From: Eledone cirrhosa
Taxonomy: Eukaryota
DNA: 64,000 nucleotides
Direction: 5' to 3'
Assembly (NCBI GenBank): GCA_964016885.1
Contig: OZ024761.1
Location: 8,990,001 to 9,054,000, forward strand
Position numbers and translations under genes: made by a program
In this document: positions 27,901 through 39,629 of the stretch, in pieces
Layout of the letters: every line of letters starts with the position of its first letter
How positions within the stretch are numbered: the stretch's first letter is position 1
The notes under the pieces: generated by a model
What the model was told of the DNA's origin: nothing
Seen by the model: the letters and a program-made list of their open reading frames with translations, nothing else
Database searches by the model: none

Positions 27901-30900
27901 GTGTGCTACCTGCTTCTGTGTTGTATGTGGTCCTAGATGCGTGTATTACCTGCTTGTGTGTTGTATGTGGTCCTAGATGCGTGTATTGTCTGCTTGTGTG
28001 TTGTATGTGGTCCTAGATGTGTGTATTACCTGCTTGTGTGTTGTATGTGGTCCTAGATGCGTGTATTGCCTGCTTGTGTGTTGTATGTGGTCCTAGATGT
28101 GTGTATTGTCTGCTTGTGTGTTCTATGTGGTCCTAGATGTGTGTATTACCTGCTTGTGTGTTGTATGTGGTCCTAGATGTGTGTATTACCTGCTTGTGTG
28201 TTGTATGTGGTCCTAGATGTGTGTATTACCTGCTTGTGTGTTGTATGTGGTCCTAGATGTGTGTATTACCTGCTCGTGTGTTGTATGTGGTCCTAGATGC
28301 GTGTAATTCCTGCTTGTGTGTTGTATGTGGTCCTAGATGTGTGTATTACCTGCTTGTGTGTTGTATGTGGTCCTAGATGCGTGTATTGCTTGCTTGTGTG
28401 TTGTATGTGGTCCTAGATGCGTGTATTGTCTGCTTGTGTGTTGTATGTGGTCCTAGATGCGTGTATTGTCTGCTTGTGTGTTGTATGTGGTCCTAGATCT
28501 GTGTATTACCTGCTTGTGTGTTGTATGTGGTCCTAGATGTGTGTATTGCTTGCTTGTGTGTTGTATGTGGTCCTAGATGCGTGTATTGTCTGCTTGTGTG
28601 TTGTATGTGGTCCTAGATGCGTGTATTGTGTGTTGTATGTGGTCCTAGATGCGTGTATTGTCTGCTTGTGTGTTGTATGTGGTCCTAGATCTGTGTATTG
28701 CCTGCTTGTGTGTTGTATGTGGTCCTAGATCTGTGTATTACCTGCTTGTGTGTTGTATGTGGTCCTAGATGCGTGTATTACCTGCTTGTGTGCTGTATGT
28801 GGTCCTAGATGCGTGTATTGTCTGCTTGTGTGTTGTATGTGGTCCTAGATGTGTGTATTGCCTGCTTGTGTGTTGTATGTGGTCCTAGATGCGTGTATTG
28901 TCTGCTTGTGTGTTGTATGTGGTCCTAGATCTGTGTATTGCCTGCTTGTGTGTTGTATGTGGTCCTAGATGCGTGTATTACCTGCTTGTGTGTTGTATGT
29001 GGTCCTAGATGCGTGTATTACCTGCTTGTGTGTTGTATGTGGTCCTAGATGCGTGTATTACCTGCTTGTGTGTTGTATGTGGTCCTAGATGCGTGTATTG
29101 TCTGCTTGTGTGTAGTATGTGGTCCTAGATGTGTGTATTGCCTGCTTGTGTGTTGTATGTGGTCCTAGATGCGTGTATTGTCTGCTTGTGTTTTGTATGT
29201 GGTCCTAGATCTGTGTATTGTCTGCTTGTGTGTTGTATGTGGTCCTAGATGTGTGTATTACCTGCTTGTGTGTTGTATGTGGTCCTAGATGTGTGTATTG
29301 CCTGCTTGTGTGTTGTATGTGGTCCTAGATGCGTGTATTACCTGCTTGTGTGTTGTATGTGGTCCTAGATGCGTGTATTACCTGCTTGTGTGTTGTATGT
29401 GGTCCTAGATGCGTGTATTACCTGCTTGTGTGTTGTATGTGGTCCTAGATGCGTGTATTACCTGCTTGTGTGTTGTATGTGGTCCTAGATGCGTGTATTG
29501 TCTGCTTGTGTGTTGTATGTGGTCCTAGATGCGTGTATTACCTGCTTGTGTGTTGTATGTGGTCCTAGATGCGTGTATTGCCTGCTTGTGTGTTGTATGT
29601 GGTCCTAGATGTGTGTATTGTCTGCTTGTGTGTTGTATGTGGTCCTAGATCTGTGTATTGCCTGCTTGTGTGTTGTATGTGGTCCTAGATGCGTGTATTA
29701 CCTGCTTGTGTGTTGTATGTGGTCCTAGATGTGTGTATTACCTGCTTGTGTATTGTATGTGGTCCTAGATATGTGTGCTACCTGCTTCTGTGTTGTATGT
29801 GGTCCTAGATGCGTGTATTACCTGCTTGTGTGTTGTATGTGGTCCTAGATGCGTGTATTGTCTGCTTGTGTGTTGTATGTGGTCCTAGATGTGTGTATTA
29901 CCTGCTTGTGTGTTGTATGTGGTCCTAGATGCGTGTATTGCCTGCTTGTGTGTTGTATGTAGTCCTAGATGTGTGTATTGTCTGCTTGTGTGTTCTATGT
30001 GGTCCTAGATGTGTGTATTACCTGCTTGTGTGTTGTATGTGGTCCTAGATGTGTGTATTACCTGCTTGTGTGTTGTATGTGGTCCTAGATGTGTGTATTA
30101 CCTGCTTGTGTGTTGTATGTGGTCCTAGATGTGTGTATTACCTGCTCGTGTGTTGTATGTGGTCCTAGATGCGTGTATTGCCTGCTTGTGTGTTGTATGT
30201 GGTCCTAGATGTGTGTATTACCTGCTTGTGTGTTGTATGTGGTCCTAGATATGTGTGCTACCTGCTTCTGTGTTGTATGTGGTCCTAGATGCGTGTATTA
30301 CCTTCTTGTGTGTTGTATGTGGTCCTAGATGCGCGTATTGTCTGCTTGTGTGTTGTATGTGGTCCTAGATGTGTGTATTGCCTGCTTCTGTCTTGTATGT
30401 GGTCCTAGATGCCGTTATTGTCTGCTTGTGTGTTGTATGTGGTCCTAGATGCGTGTATTACCTGCTTGTGTGTTGTATGTGGTCCTAGATGCGTGTATTA
30501 CCTGCTTGTGTGTTGTATGTGGTCCTAGATGCGTGTATTACCTGCTTGTGTGTTGTATGTGGTCCTAGATGCGTGTATTGTCTGCTTGTGTGTTGTATGT
30601 GGTCCTAGATGTGTGTATTACCTGCTTGTGTGTTGTATGTGGTCCTAGATGCGTGTATTGCCTGCTTGTGTGTTGTATGTAGTCCTAGATGTGTGTATTG
30701 TCTGCTTGTGTGTTCTATGTGGTCCTAGATGTGTGTATTACCTGCTTGTGTGTTGTATGTGGTCCTAGATGTGTGTATTACCTGCTTGTGTGTTGTATGT
30801 GGTCCTAGATGTGTGTATTACCTGCTTGTGTGTTGTATGTGGTCCTAGATGTGTGTATTACCTGCTCGTGTGTTGTATGTGGTCCTAGATGCGTGTATTG

Positions 30901-31347
30901 CCTGTTTGTGTGTTGTATGTGGTCCTAGATGTGTGTATTACCTGCTTGTGTGTTGTATGTGGTCCTAGATATGTGTGCTACCTGCTTCTGTGTTGTATGT
31001 GGTCCTAGATGCGTGTATTACCTGCTTGTGTGTTGTATGTGGTCCTAGATGCGCGTATTGTCTGCTTGTGTGTTGTATGTGGTCCTAGATGTGTGTATTG
31101 CCTGCTTCTGTCTTGTATGTGGTCCTAGATGCGTGTATTACCTGCTTGTGTTTTGTATGTGGTCCTAGATGCGTGTATTGCCTGCTTGTGTGTTGTATGT
31201 GGTCCTAGATATGTGTATTACCTGCTTCTGTGTTGTATGTGGTCCTAGATGCGTGTATTGCCTGCTTGTGTGTTGTATGTGGTCCTAGATGTGTGTATTG
31301 CCTGCTTCTGTGTTGTATGTGGTCCTAGATATGTGTGTTACCTGCTT
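6905..31347. repeat. 40-bp satellite array, ~24.4 kb, ~610 monomers, intronic
   Basis: Consensus TGTGTGTTGTATGTGGTCCTAGATGCGTGTATTACCTGCT repeated without interruption; occasional 32-bp deletion monomers. Confidence 0.99.
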
Positions 31348-31493
31348 TATATTTGTAATATTATGTTGACAGTTATGCCTTAATAAAATATATATACACA
31401 GACCCAGGACTAGAACTGTTTCATTTGGATGAAAATATGAGGGCATCAAATAATCTCTTTTCCACGTATAGGCAGGAATTTGAATAATTATGC

Positions 31494-31645
31494 AGTGGTG
31501 GTGGTGGTGGCGGCGATGATACCAGTGATGGTGACGATGGTGGTGATGATGCCAGTGATCATGATGGTGATGGTGATGGTGGTGGTGATGATGCCAGTGA
31601 TCATGATGGCGATGGTGGTGGTCGTATTGGTGATGGTGGTGGTGA
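31494..31645. repeat. (GTG/GAT)n trinucleotide low-complexity tract
   Basis: gtggtggtg...gatggtgatg runs. Confidence 0.85.
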
Positions 31646-31880
31646 AGGGAGATGAGGTTTCGTGATATTCATACATTTTTACTCTAATTAAGACCATGTT
31701 ATACCATTCTTACTCTGGTGCCCTCAAGACAGCAATATTTTAGGGACCATGCATGGGTCTGTTTCTTTTGAATGAAAGTTCTAGTTCTGTAGAAGCGCCA
31801 TTTCTATATTAAATTCATTGTTTATACTCTACTAATGTATGAAGTACCTTACTGTGGTTACCTCTGATTGAACCCAGGAC

Positions 31881-31933
31881 TCACACACACACACATACAC
31901 ACACACACACACACACATACACACACACACACA
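31881..31933. repeat. (CA)n microsatellite
   Basis: Direct reading. Confidence 0.9.
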
Positions 31934-32232
31934 TAAATAATATATATGCAGACCCAGAAAAACCTGGGACGAGCTGATAAATTCCGACCTCACACACTTA
32001 CACCTCTCCAAGACAATGTCACTGGACCGAGACCTTTGGCGGTACTCAGTAATAGAGAAGACCCGCCTTACCTAAATACAAAGTAAAATCTACTACAGCC
32101 AGTAGGCATCTCTAACAAAATACTCCCTCGTCCCACCCCATCCACACCGCCCCTTCAATGTAAAGTTATGTTGGCGCCACAACATCCAGGCCGAAACAAA
32201 TGAGATCGTGTAGATGTCACGACAAAAAAACA

Positions 32233-33462
32233 CACAGTCCACGCTGTAATGTGGCCGTGTAGGCAACACGGTAAAAACCTCCCAGCCCCACACTGTAAAT
32301 GTGGTTGGTGTTAGGAAGGGCATCCAGCTGTAGAAAACCCACCAGACAGTCCACGCTGTAATGTGGCCGTGTAGGTAACACGGTAAAAACCTCCCAGCCC
32401 CACACTGTAAATGTGGTTGGTGTTAGGAAGGGCATCCAGCTGTAGAAAACCCGCCAGACAGTCCACGCTGTAATGTGGCCGTGTAGGCAACACGGTAAAA
32501 ACCTCCCAGCCCCACACTGTAAATGTGGTTGGTGTTAGGAAGGGCATCCAGCTGTAGAAAACCCGCCAGACAGTCCACGCTGTAATGTGGCCGTGTAGGT
32601 AACACGGTAAAAACCTCCCAGCCCCACACTGTAAATGTGGTTGGTGTTAGGAAGGGCATCCAGCTGTAGAAAACCCGCCAGACAGTCCACGCTGTAATGT
32701 GGCCGTGTAGGTAACACGGTAAAAACCTCCCAGCCCCACACTGTAAATGTGGTTGGTGTTAGGAAGGGCATCCAGCTGTAGAAAACCCGCCAGACAGTGC
32801 ACGCTGTAATGTGGCCGTGTAGGCAACACGGTAAAAACCTCCCAGCCCCACACTGTAAATGTGGTTGGTGTTAGGAAGGGCATCCAGCTGTAGAAAACCC
32901 GCCAGACAGTCCACGCTGTAAATGTGGCCGTGTAGGCAACACGGTAAAAACCTCCCAGCCCCACACTGTAAATGTGGTTGGTGTTAGGAAGGGCATCCAG
33001 CTGTAGAAAACCCGCCAGACAGTCCACGCTGTAAATGTGGCCGTGTAGGCAACACGGTAAAAACCTCCCAGCCCCACACTGTAAATGTGGTTGGTGTTAG
33101 GAAGGGCATCCAGCTGTAGAAAACCCACCAGACAGTCCACGCTGTAATGTGGCCGTGTAGGCAACACGGTAAAAACCTCCCAGCCCCACACTGTAAATGT
33201 GGTTGGTGTTAGGAAGGGCATCCAGCTGTAGAAAACCCGCCAGACAGTCCACGCTGTAATGTGGCCGTGTAGGCAACACGGTAAAAACCTCCCAGCCCCA
33301 CACTGTAAATGTGGTTGGTGTCAGGAAGGGCATCCAACTGTAGAAACCCCGCCAGACAGTCCTATGCGAGCAAGACAACCACTCTTGCCTCAAGTGGGAA
33401 AACTCCCGTCCAAACCCATGCAAGCGTGGAACATGGACGTTAAACGATGATGATGATGATGA
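32233..33462 (+). repeat. 112-bp tandem array (~10 copies) built from a SINE/RTE-type 3' segment, ending in a (GAT)n tail
   Basis: ORF starts 32435/32547/32659/32771 are 112 apart; unit contains ggtgttaggaagggcatccagctgtagaaa, shared with the SINE at 33727-34075; ends ggacgttaaacgatgatgatg. Confidence 0.9.
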
Positions 33463-33726
33463 TATAAAGAACAAAGAAGGTGTGGTAAGATACCAGGTGG
33501 ACCATAACGCACCAGAGTACTCAATACTTGGGGTAGTAGAGTGGGTAATAGGAAAAGGGTGAGGACCCCGACGACTGAGGTCTGGCCACTTCTACAGCTA
33601 CATTCGGATCATTCGAATCTAGCTGTTGTAATGGCCGGAGCTCATTTCCTATACATCTATACATAATATATGAAAAGATTCAGGAGCCCAACGGCTGAAA
33701 TCCGGCCGTTCTGACAGTTATATATA

Positions 33727-34075
33727 TCATCATCATCATCATCATCATCATTTTACGTCCGCTTTTTCCTTGCTTGCAAGGGTGGGACGGGAACTGGTTC
33801 TGGCTTGATTTCTACAGCTGGATGCCCTTCCTAACACCAACCTCATTTACACTGAGTGCTGGGTGCTTTTTTACTGTGGCACCTCCACGACCACTTTGCA
33901 GTGGAATGATAGGGACCCCACTCCCTATCATCTCATTTCTACAGCTGAGTAAACTGGAGCAATGTGAAATAAAGTGTCTTGCTCAAGGAAACAACACATC
34001 ACCCGGTCTGAGAATTGAACTCACAACCTTTTGATTGCAAGGCCAATGCTCTAACCACTAAGCCATGTGCCTCCA
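33727..34075 (-). mobile_element. Full-length tRNA-derived SINE with (GAT)n tail
   Basis: On - strand: A-box TGGCTTAGTGG, B-box GAGTTCAATTC, central ccttgagcaagacacttt...ttgctccag domain, tail ggacgtaaaatgatgatg. Confidence 0.85.
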
Positions 34076-34103
34076 TACACATATATATATATCATCATCA
34101 TCA

Positions 34104-34362
34104 TTCTGTTTTCTACCTATATATATATATATATATATATATCTGTTTTCTACTTATATATATATATATATATTCTGTTTTCTACTTATATATATATATA
34201 TTCTGTTTTCTACTTATATATATATATATATTCTGTTTTCTACTTATATATATATATATTCTGTTTTCTACTTATATATATATATATTCTGTTTTCTACT
34301 TATATATATATATATATTCTGTTTTCTACCTATATATATATATATATATTCTATTTTCTACT
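34104..34362. repeat. Compound repeat [TTCTGTTTTCTACTT(AT)n] x ~9 just upstream of the exon 2 acceptor
   Basis: Direct reading; fewer units in the mirror at ~63320-63490. Confidence 0.85.
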
Positions 34363-34370
34363 TGCTTCAG

Positions 34371-36046
34371 AGACCATTCCAAAGACTGCTCCAGTTTGTC
34401 CAGTTCCAACCAGGCTGAAAGATTAGAGGATTTAAAACCATCCAGGTATCATGACAAAAGCTCAGTGCAGACATCAACATTGCCAGCAGCTAAGATGGAT
34501 ATCTCTAGAATCAAACCAGCACTGAAACCTTCAGAAATTTCACCAATGAAGGGTTTGCAGTTTTTGCGTGAAAACGGAGGACCATGTTCTGAGAATGACA
34601 GAGTTTCTGTCAGCAAAACAGGTTTTGTCAGTACTGGCTCCATTAGTTGTGTTGATGGTGTTAGTAATGGCTGTGGCGGTGGTAGAACTTCTATAAATGC
34701 CAGAGATAGTGTGGATGGTGTCACTGATTGGGACATTCTGACAAAGTGTATTGATGATTGTGTCAGTGATAGAGCCACTGGCAAGGGCAAGGTCAAGAGT
34801 GGATTGATTTGTGATGATGATGATGATGTTGATGATGATGATGGTTGTGGTGGTGGTGATATTTATGTAAGTGGCAGTGGAGGAGTTGAAGAGTATGGTG
34901 TCTGTGGAGGTTATAAGTATGGTGGTGGTCGCAGTGGGGCTTGTAAGTATGGTGTTGGTGGTGGAGGTGATGCGTATGGTGTTGGTGGTGGTGACGGTTA
35001 TGAGTATGGTGGTGGTGGTGGTGGTGGTCGAGACAATAACTATGGTGTCGTTGGCAGCAGTAGAAGATATGAATATGGTGGTGGTGGTGGTGGTGATGCG
35101 TATGGTGTTGGTGTTGGTGGCGGTGACGGTTATGAGTATGGTGGTGGTGGTGGTGGAGACAATAACTATGGTGTCGTTGGCAGCAGTAGAAGATATGAAT
35201 ATGGTGGTGGTGTTGGGGGCAATGAGTATGGTGTTGGTGTTGGTGGCGGTGATGGTTATGAATATGGTGGTGGTGGTGGAGGCAATGAGTATGATGTTGG
35301 TGGCGGTGATGGTTATGAGTATGGTGGTGGTGGTGGTGGAGGCAATGAGTATGGTGTTGGTGTTGGTGGCGGTGTTGGAGGCAATGAGTATGGTGTTGGT
35401 GTTGGTGGCGGTGATGGTTATGAATATGGTGGTGGTGGTGGTGGAGGCAATGAGTATGATGTTGGTGTTGGTGGCGGTGATGGTTATGAGTATGGTGGTG
35501 GTGGTGGAGGCAATGAGTATGATGTTGTCACCAGCAGATTGTCTTTGGAAACTGCTCGATCCATTTGTGATGACCATCGAGACACAATGAGACCTTCCAT
35601 GTCTAATAAAGGACCATGTTACAAAACACTGAATGTCACACGGGGCGCGAAATATTCTCCATTGACCCCAGAGCCTTATAACTCTGTTCTACACATTACC
35701 AGGGACGATAAATTCTCAAAGGGGTTAGCAGAAAAAGAGGAACATGAACCAAGAAGTCCCCTAAAAATTTTGAGATCTGATCACCACACCAGCATTTGGC
35801 ATGGGGGTTCAACTAACATTTATAATGATGATGATGATGATTGGAATGATCGACTAACTAATGTTTATAATGATGATGGTTGTGGTGGTATTGATGAGGA
35901 TGCTGGCCTTAGGAATGATGGACTAACTAATGTTTATAATGATGATGGTTTTGGTGGTGATGATGATGATGATGGTGTTGGCCCTAGGCATGATGGTGAG
36001 GATGATGGTGATGGTGGCATTTGGCATGATAGATTAACTGGCGTTT

Positions 36047-36077
<31 letters not shown>

Positions 36078-36417
36078 TGACATTGGTGATGATGATGATT
36101 TCGAAGTGAGGATTGATAAGTGCTGTGACATCTGGAAATTTGGAGACAACAACAAAAGCAACCAAGCTAACTCTGGTTTTGAAGGAAAGGCAAGCTGGCA
36201 AGATGATGCTGATGATGATGTTGCTACTGGAAGACAAGAGCCTGAAGTGGGACGAGGTTTTATAAAAAGCCCACATGTACGTAAAGGGGGTCGACAGTAT
36301 AGTTGGCAACTCAACGAGAGGGGGAACCAAATAACGGCCAGTACTTCTGTCAGACATTCTAGAAATAATAAAGAAAATGTTAAGAGAGAAGTGCCAAGAG
36401 TTGGACACAAAAGTCAG
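34371..36417 (+). CDS. MIIP: MIIP-like copy A exon 2 (2047 nt; low-complexity, Gly/Tyr- and Asp-rich repeats)
   Basis: Acceptor cttgcttcAG, open frame throughout, donor CAG|GTGAGT phase 0 matching exon 3. Confidence 0.75.
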
Positions 36418-36444
36418 GTGAGTAATGAACTGGTATATGTTATA

Positions 36445-36730
36445 TGATGGTAGTGGTGGGGTGGTGGTAGTGGTCGTTGTGGTGGTGATGGTGGTGGTAG
36501 TAGTGGTGATTGTGGTAGTGGTGGTGGTAGTGGTAGTGATGGTGGTAGTGGTAATGGTGGTGGTAGTGGCAGTGTGGCGGTGATGAGATGGTTGTGGCAG
36601 AAGTGATGATAATGGTGGTGGTGGTGGGGAGGTAGTGATGGGATGGTTGTGGCAGAAGTGATGATGGTGGTGGTATTGGTAGTGATGGTGGTGGTGCTGG
36701 TAGCAGTAGTGGCAACAATCGTGGTAGTGT
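36445..36730. repeat. (GGT/GTA)n intronic trinucleotide tract
   Basis: Direct reading; shorter in the mirror at 61200-61342. Confidence 0.85.
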
Positions 36731-36922
36731 TAATATAATCAACCCCCTCTGCCGTCTCAGTAGGGGGGACAACTCTGAAATAAATTCAGTAGAAAGGGAG
36801 GGGAAAGGCAAGGAGGGAGAGTGATGGGCTCCAGGACATGGCAGTAGTGTCTGTCTCTCAGTCTGTTTTTTTTTATTTTGGTTATCCCCTTCTCGCTCTC
36901 ATTTTGATGTCGTGTCTTTCAG

Positions 36923-37074
36923 AAAGAGAAGTTGCTAGGATACGACTGGATAGCTGGTATCCTTGACAACCAGGAGCACCATTCAGCGATGCAATTGTCC
37001 AATGATTATTTTGAAGAACTCAAGACTTTCTGGAAGGAATATCAAGCCAGACCATTAACAGATGCCAACCAAGT
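36923..37074 (+). CDS. MIIP: MIIP-like copy A exon 3 (KEKLLGYDWIAGILDN...YFEELKTFW...)
   Basis: LGYDWIAG.LD motif, recognised as the MIIP domain; acceptor gtctttcAG, donor GT|GTATGT phase 2. Confidence 0.85.
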
Positions 37075-37187
37075 GTATGTAGAAGCAGGAAGAGATACAC
37101 TTTCCAACATTATTTTCTGCAATCAATTATTGTAGTTCTGTTCTTTTTATTACAAATATTGCACATTCCTGCAATCATATTCTACTA

Positions 37188-37625
37188 TACATCTGTTCTC
37201 TACACCTCTACATTACATCTGTTCTCTACACCTCTACATTACGTCTGTTCTCTACACCTCTACATTACATCTGTTCTCTACACCTCTACATTACATCTGT
37301 TCTCTACACCTCTACATTACATCTGTTCTCTACACCTCTGCATTACATCTGTTATCTACACCTCTACTGTATATATCTACTTTACATCTGTTCTCTACAC
37401 CTCTACTGTACATCTATACTCTACACCTCTACTGTACATCTCTCCTACACATCTGTTCTCTACATCTATACTTTACACCTCTACTGTACATATCTACTTT
37501 ACATCTGTTCTCTACACTTCTACTGTATATATCTACTTTACATCTGTTCTCTACACCTCTACTGTATATCTCTACTTTACATCTGTTCTCTACATCTTTT
37601 ACATACATTTGTACTTTACATCTGT
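37188..37625. repeat. ~26-bp minisatellite (ACATCTGTTCTCTACACCTCTACATT)
   Basis: Direct reading; mirror at ~60235-60770 is longer. Confidence 0.9.
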
Positions 37626-37875
37626 ATTCTTCGTCTGTCACATTCAGAGGCTAGACCAGTCAGATGACCATGTTTTGCTAATATGAATTATATATGTTAT
37701 CATTGTCTCATGTCTGTTTTGCCTCTATATTTTAGACTAGGTAGATCAGGCAGTTAGCCACTGTCAACTATATTACCTTCAAGATAATTAATTTAAAAAA
37801 AATAATTAAACTCCTGTCAGTTCTTTCACCTCTTTTCACTCCTCTTCCTTTTCTTCTCTTTCTCTTGTTTTTAAG

Positions 37876-37937
37876 GAAGAACTTTGTGGATGAAACTCGG
37901 GAGCCTCAGTTGATCCAAGACATACTCACAGAATCAA
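37876..37937 (+). CDS. MIIP: MIIP-like copy A exon 4 (KNFVDETREPQLIQDILTES)
   Basis: Long pyrimidine tract plus ttaAG, donor A|GTGAGT; phases 2 and 1 fit both neighbours. Confidence 0.75.
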
Positions 37938-38007
37938 GTGAGTAAGCTCTTTATATTCTTAGGATTTAGAGGCAGTGTGTCGTGGCAGTGACACTGGATG
38001 GTGTGCC

Positions 38008-38465
38008 ATCATCATCATCATCATCATTTTACATCCGCTTTCCCTTGCTTACAAGGGTGGGACGGATCCTATTCAGCACAGCATCTCTCCTCTTGTCACG
38101 GTCCTTCGTCATCTCCGTGAGCTTCAGTGATCTGAGCTCTGCTCTCACCTCACCACTTCCGCCCATGTTCTTTGTGGTCTTCTTCTACGGCATCTTCCGT
38201 CTACTGGGATTTCTTGGCACTTCTTTACCAAGCGGTCATCCTCCATGCACATCACATGTCCATACCATCTCAGCCTTCTCTCCCGCACACCATAACTTAT
38301 CCCTCTTATACCCAGTTTCTTTCTCAACTTGTCCATGCTTGGTCGTTCACGCACATTAACATAGCACATCCAACGGAGCGTGCTTGCTTTGTTTCTCTTC
38401 AGCCATCGCATATCCTCCACAGTTGCTGCCCATGGCTCACTACCATGCAGCATCAGGCATGCCAT
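38008..38465 (-). mobile_element. RTE-clade LINE 3' fragment with (GAT)n tail
   Basis: LHGSEPW...LRWMC...RERRLRWYGHV...GR.RRRRP..TW.EVV, typical of the RTE ORF C-terminus. Confidence 0.85.
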
Positions 38466-38789
38466 CTCCGAATCAATTCTATTCTCTGTTAATATTTGCC
38501 GTAATCCAGTAATTTATTACTTAACCCCTTCAGTGCCATAGACGAGATAGCTCACCCTAACATGTATGCATCCAGTGCCACAGATGAGATAACTCGTCCT
38601 AACGTATTTGAACTCTTTTCCATCTGTCATAACTTCTAAGTTATGAGCTCGTTTCCAACAGTTCAGAAATACCATATGTCAATACAGCATCCCTAATAAC
38701 ACCATCAGGCGTTACATGACCATACATACATATAAGTTGAACCCCACCCCCCATTTTACCATTGTTTTTTTGGTTACATTTTTTTCTAG

Positions 38790-39300
38790 GGTGTATTAGT
38801 TCTCTCCAGTGGTCTCTGTCTTTCATCCTCGCCGCTATGTCCTGCATCTCCAAGAGACAGGTGTCTGTCCTTAGGGTATCAATATATGTCAACCTCGTTC
38901 TCCCTCTTCTAGTGTGTCCATGTAGGGGCTCCCACAGGAGCACTGAGTGCAGTGTCAACTCTGGATGCCGGTGAGCATGTCCAGCTAACCTCAGTCTCCT
39001 CTGTGTCATTTTTGAGAGGCTCACGTACAGCTCTGAGTTCTTCATCCTCAGTGTATACTGATTAATGTTCAAAGCCATCCTCAGCATTCTCGTGTAGCAC
39101 CCATTCACCATCTGAGTGAGTCTCAGACCTGTACAGAAGCACAGACTCCACCATCCACCAAACCAACCAACCATCCATCGATGGTGCCAAAGAGTGAACC
39201 ATCTCGTGGTTGGGATGCTAGATTTTCCTAGAAATAGCAGCCAAAATTCCACCATATCGACACATACAGCAGCACAGATTCCACTGAAGCGATGAAGAGA
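38790..39300 (-). mobile_element. Second non-LTR (RTE/RTE-X-like) fragment, degenerate
   Basis: RMLRMALNI...NSELY...RRLRLAGHAHRHPE...LLWEP..G..RRGR..LTYID. Confidence 0.75.
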
Positions 39301-39463
39301 TGGTCCTTGATTTATATTTAAGTATATATATATACTCTTTTAGTCTTTTACCTGTTCCAGCCATCCGACTGAGGCCATGCTGGGGCACCACTCTGTATGG
39401 CAATTATTGTAAAGAATCTTTTGTCTGATTGTTTTGTTTCATTTTCTTTCTTTCCATTGAAAG

Positions 39464-39608
39464 AGATCAAGTCATTTTACGTGAATAATCGGTTATTTTC
39501 GGAGCCTATCAAGAAGAAGTCGATCTTAACTTCTAAAGAATCGTCTAAAGTCAATCGCAGCAACATTGCTAAAAGTAAAACTACCTTTACTTCTCCAAGA
39601 TATGTCAG
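39464..39608 (+). CDS. MIIP: MIIP-like copy A exon 5 (IKSFYVNNRLFSEP...SPRYV-R)
   Basis: Y.VN.RLF..P and P..VR motifs of the MIIP domain; acceptor after pyrimidine tract, donor AG|GTAAAT; phases 1 and 2. Confidence 0.8.
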
Positions 39609-39629
39609 GTAAATCTGAAAATTTCTTGT

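Noticed and set aside
6905-31347. CRISPR-like array or coding repeat (MRVLHACVLYVV... ORFs)
   Set aside because: No unique spacers and no cas genes in a eukaryotic context; the ORFs arise only where deletion monomers shift the recurring TAG stop
32233-33362. Retrozyme or hammerhead-containing tandem repeat
   Set aside because: No CTGANGA...GAAA catalytic core seen on either strand of the 112-, 44- or 40-bp units
33990-34075. tRNA gene (also 63515-63590)
   Set aside because: A and B boxes belong to a SINE head followed by a SINE body and (GAT)n tail; no clean cloverleaf or terminator
34015-34370. N-terminal part of the 810-aa ORF (YIYIY...)
   Set aside because: Translation of the SINE head and (TA)n repeats upstream of the real acceptor at 34369-34370
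34900-35525. Suckerin, eggshell or cuticle-type secreted Gly/Tyr protein
   Set aside because: No signal peptide and no Pro-flanked Ala/His modules; the region splices in frame to MIIP-domain exons
34867-35537. In-frame exitron removing the Gly/Tyr repeat (GTAAGT at 34867)
   Set aside because: The donor is phase 0 but nearby CAG acceptors (35534, 35537) are phase 2 and lack a pyrimidine tract; not excluded without RNA data
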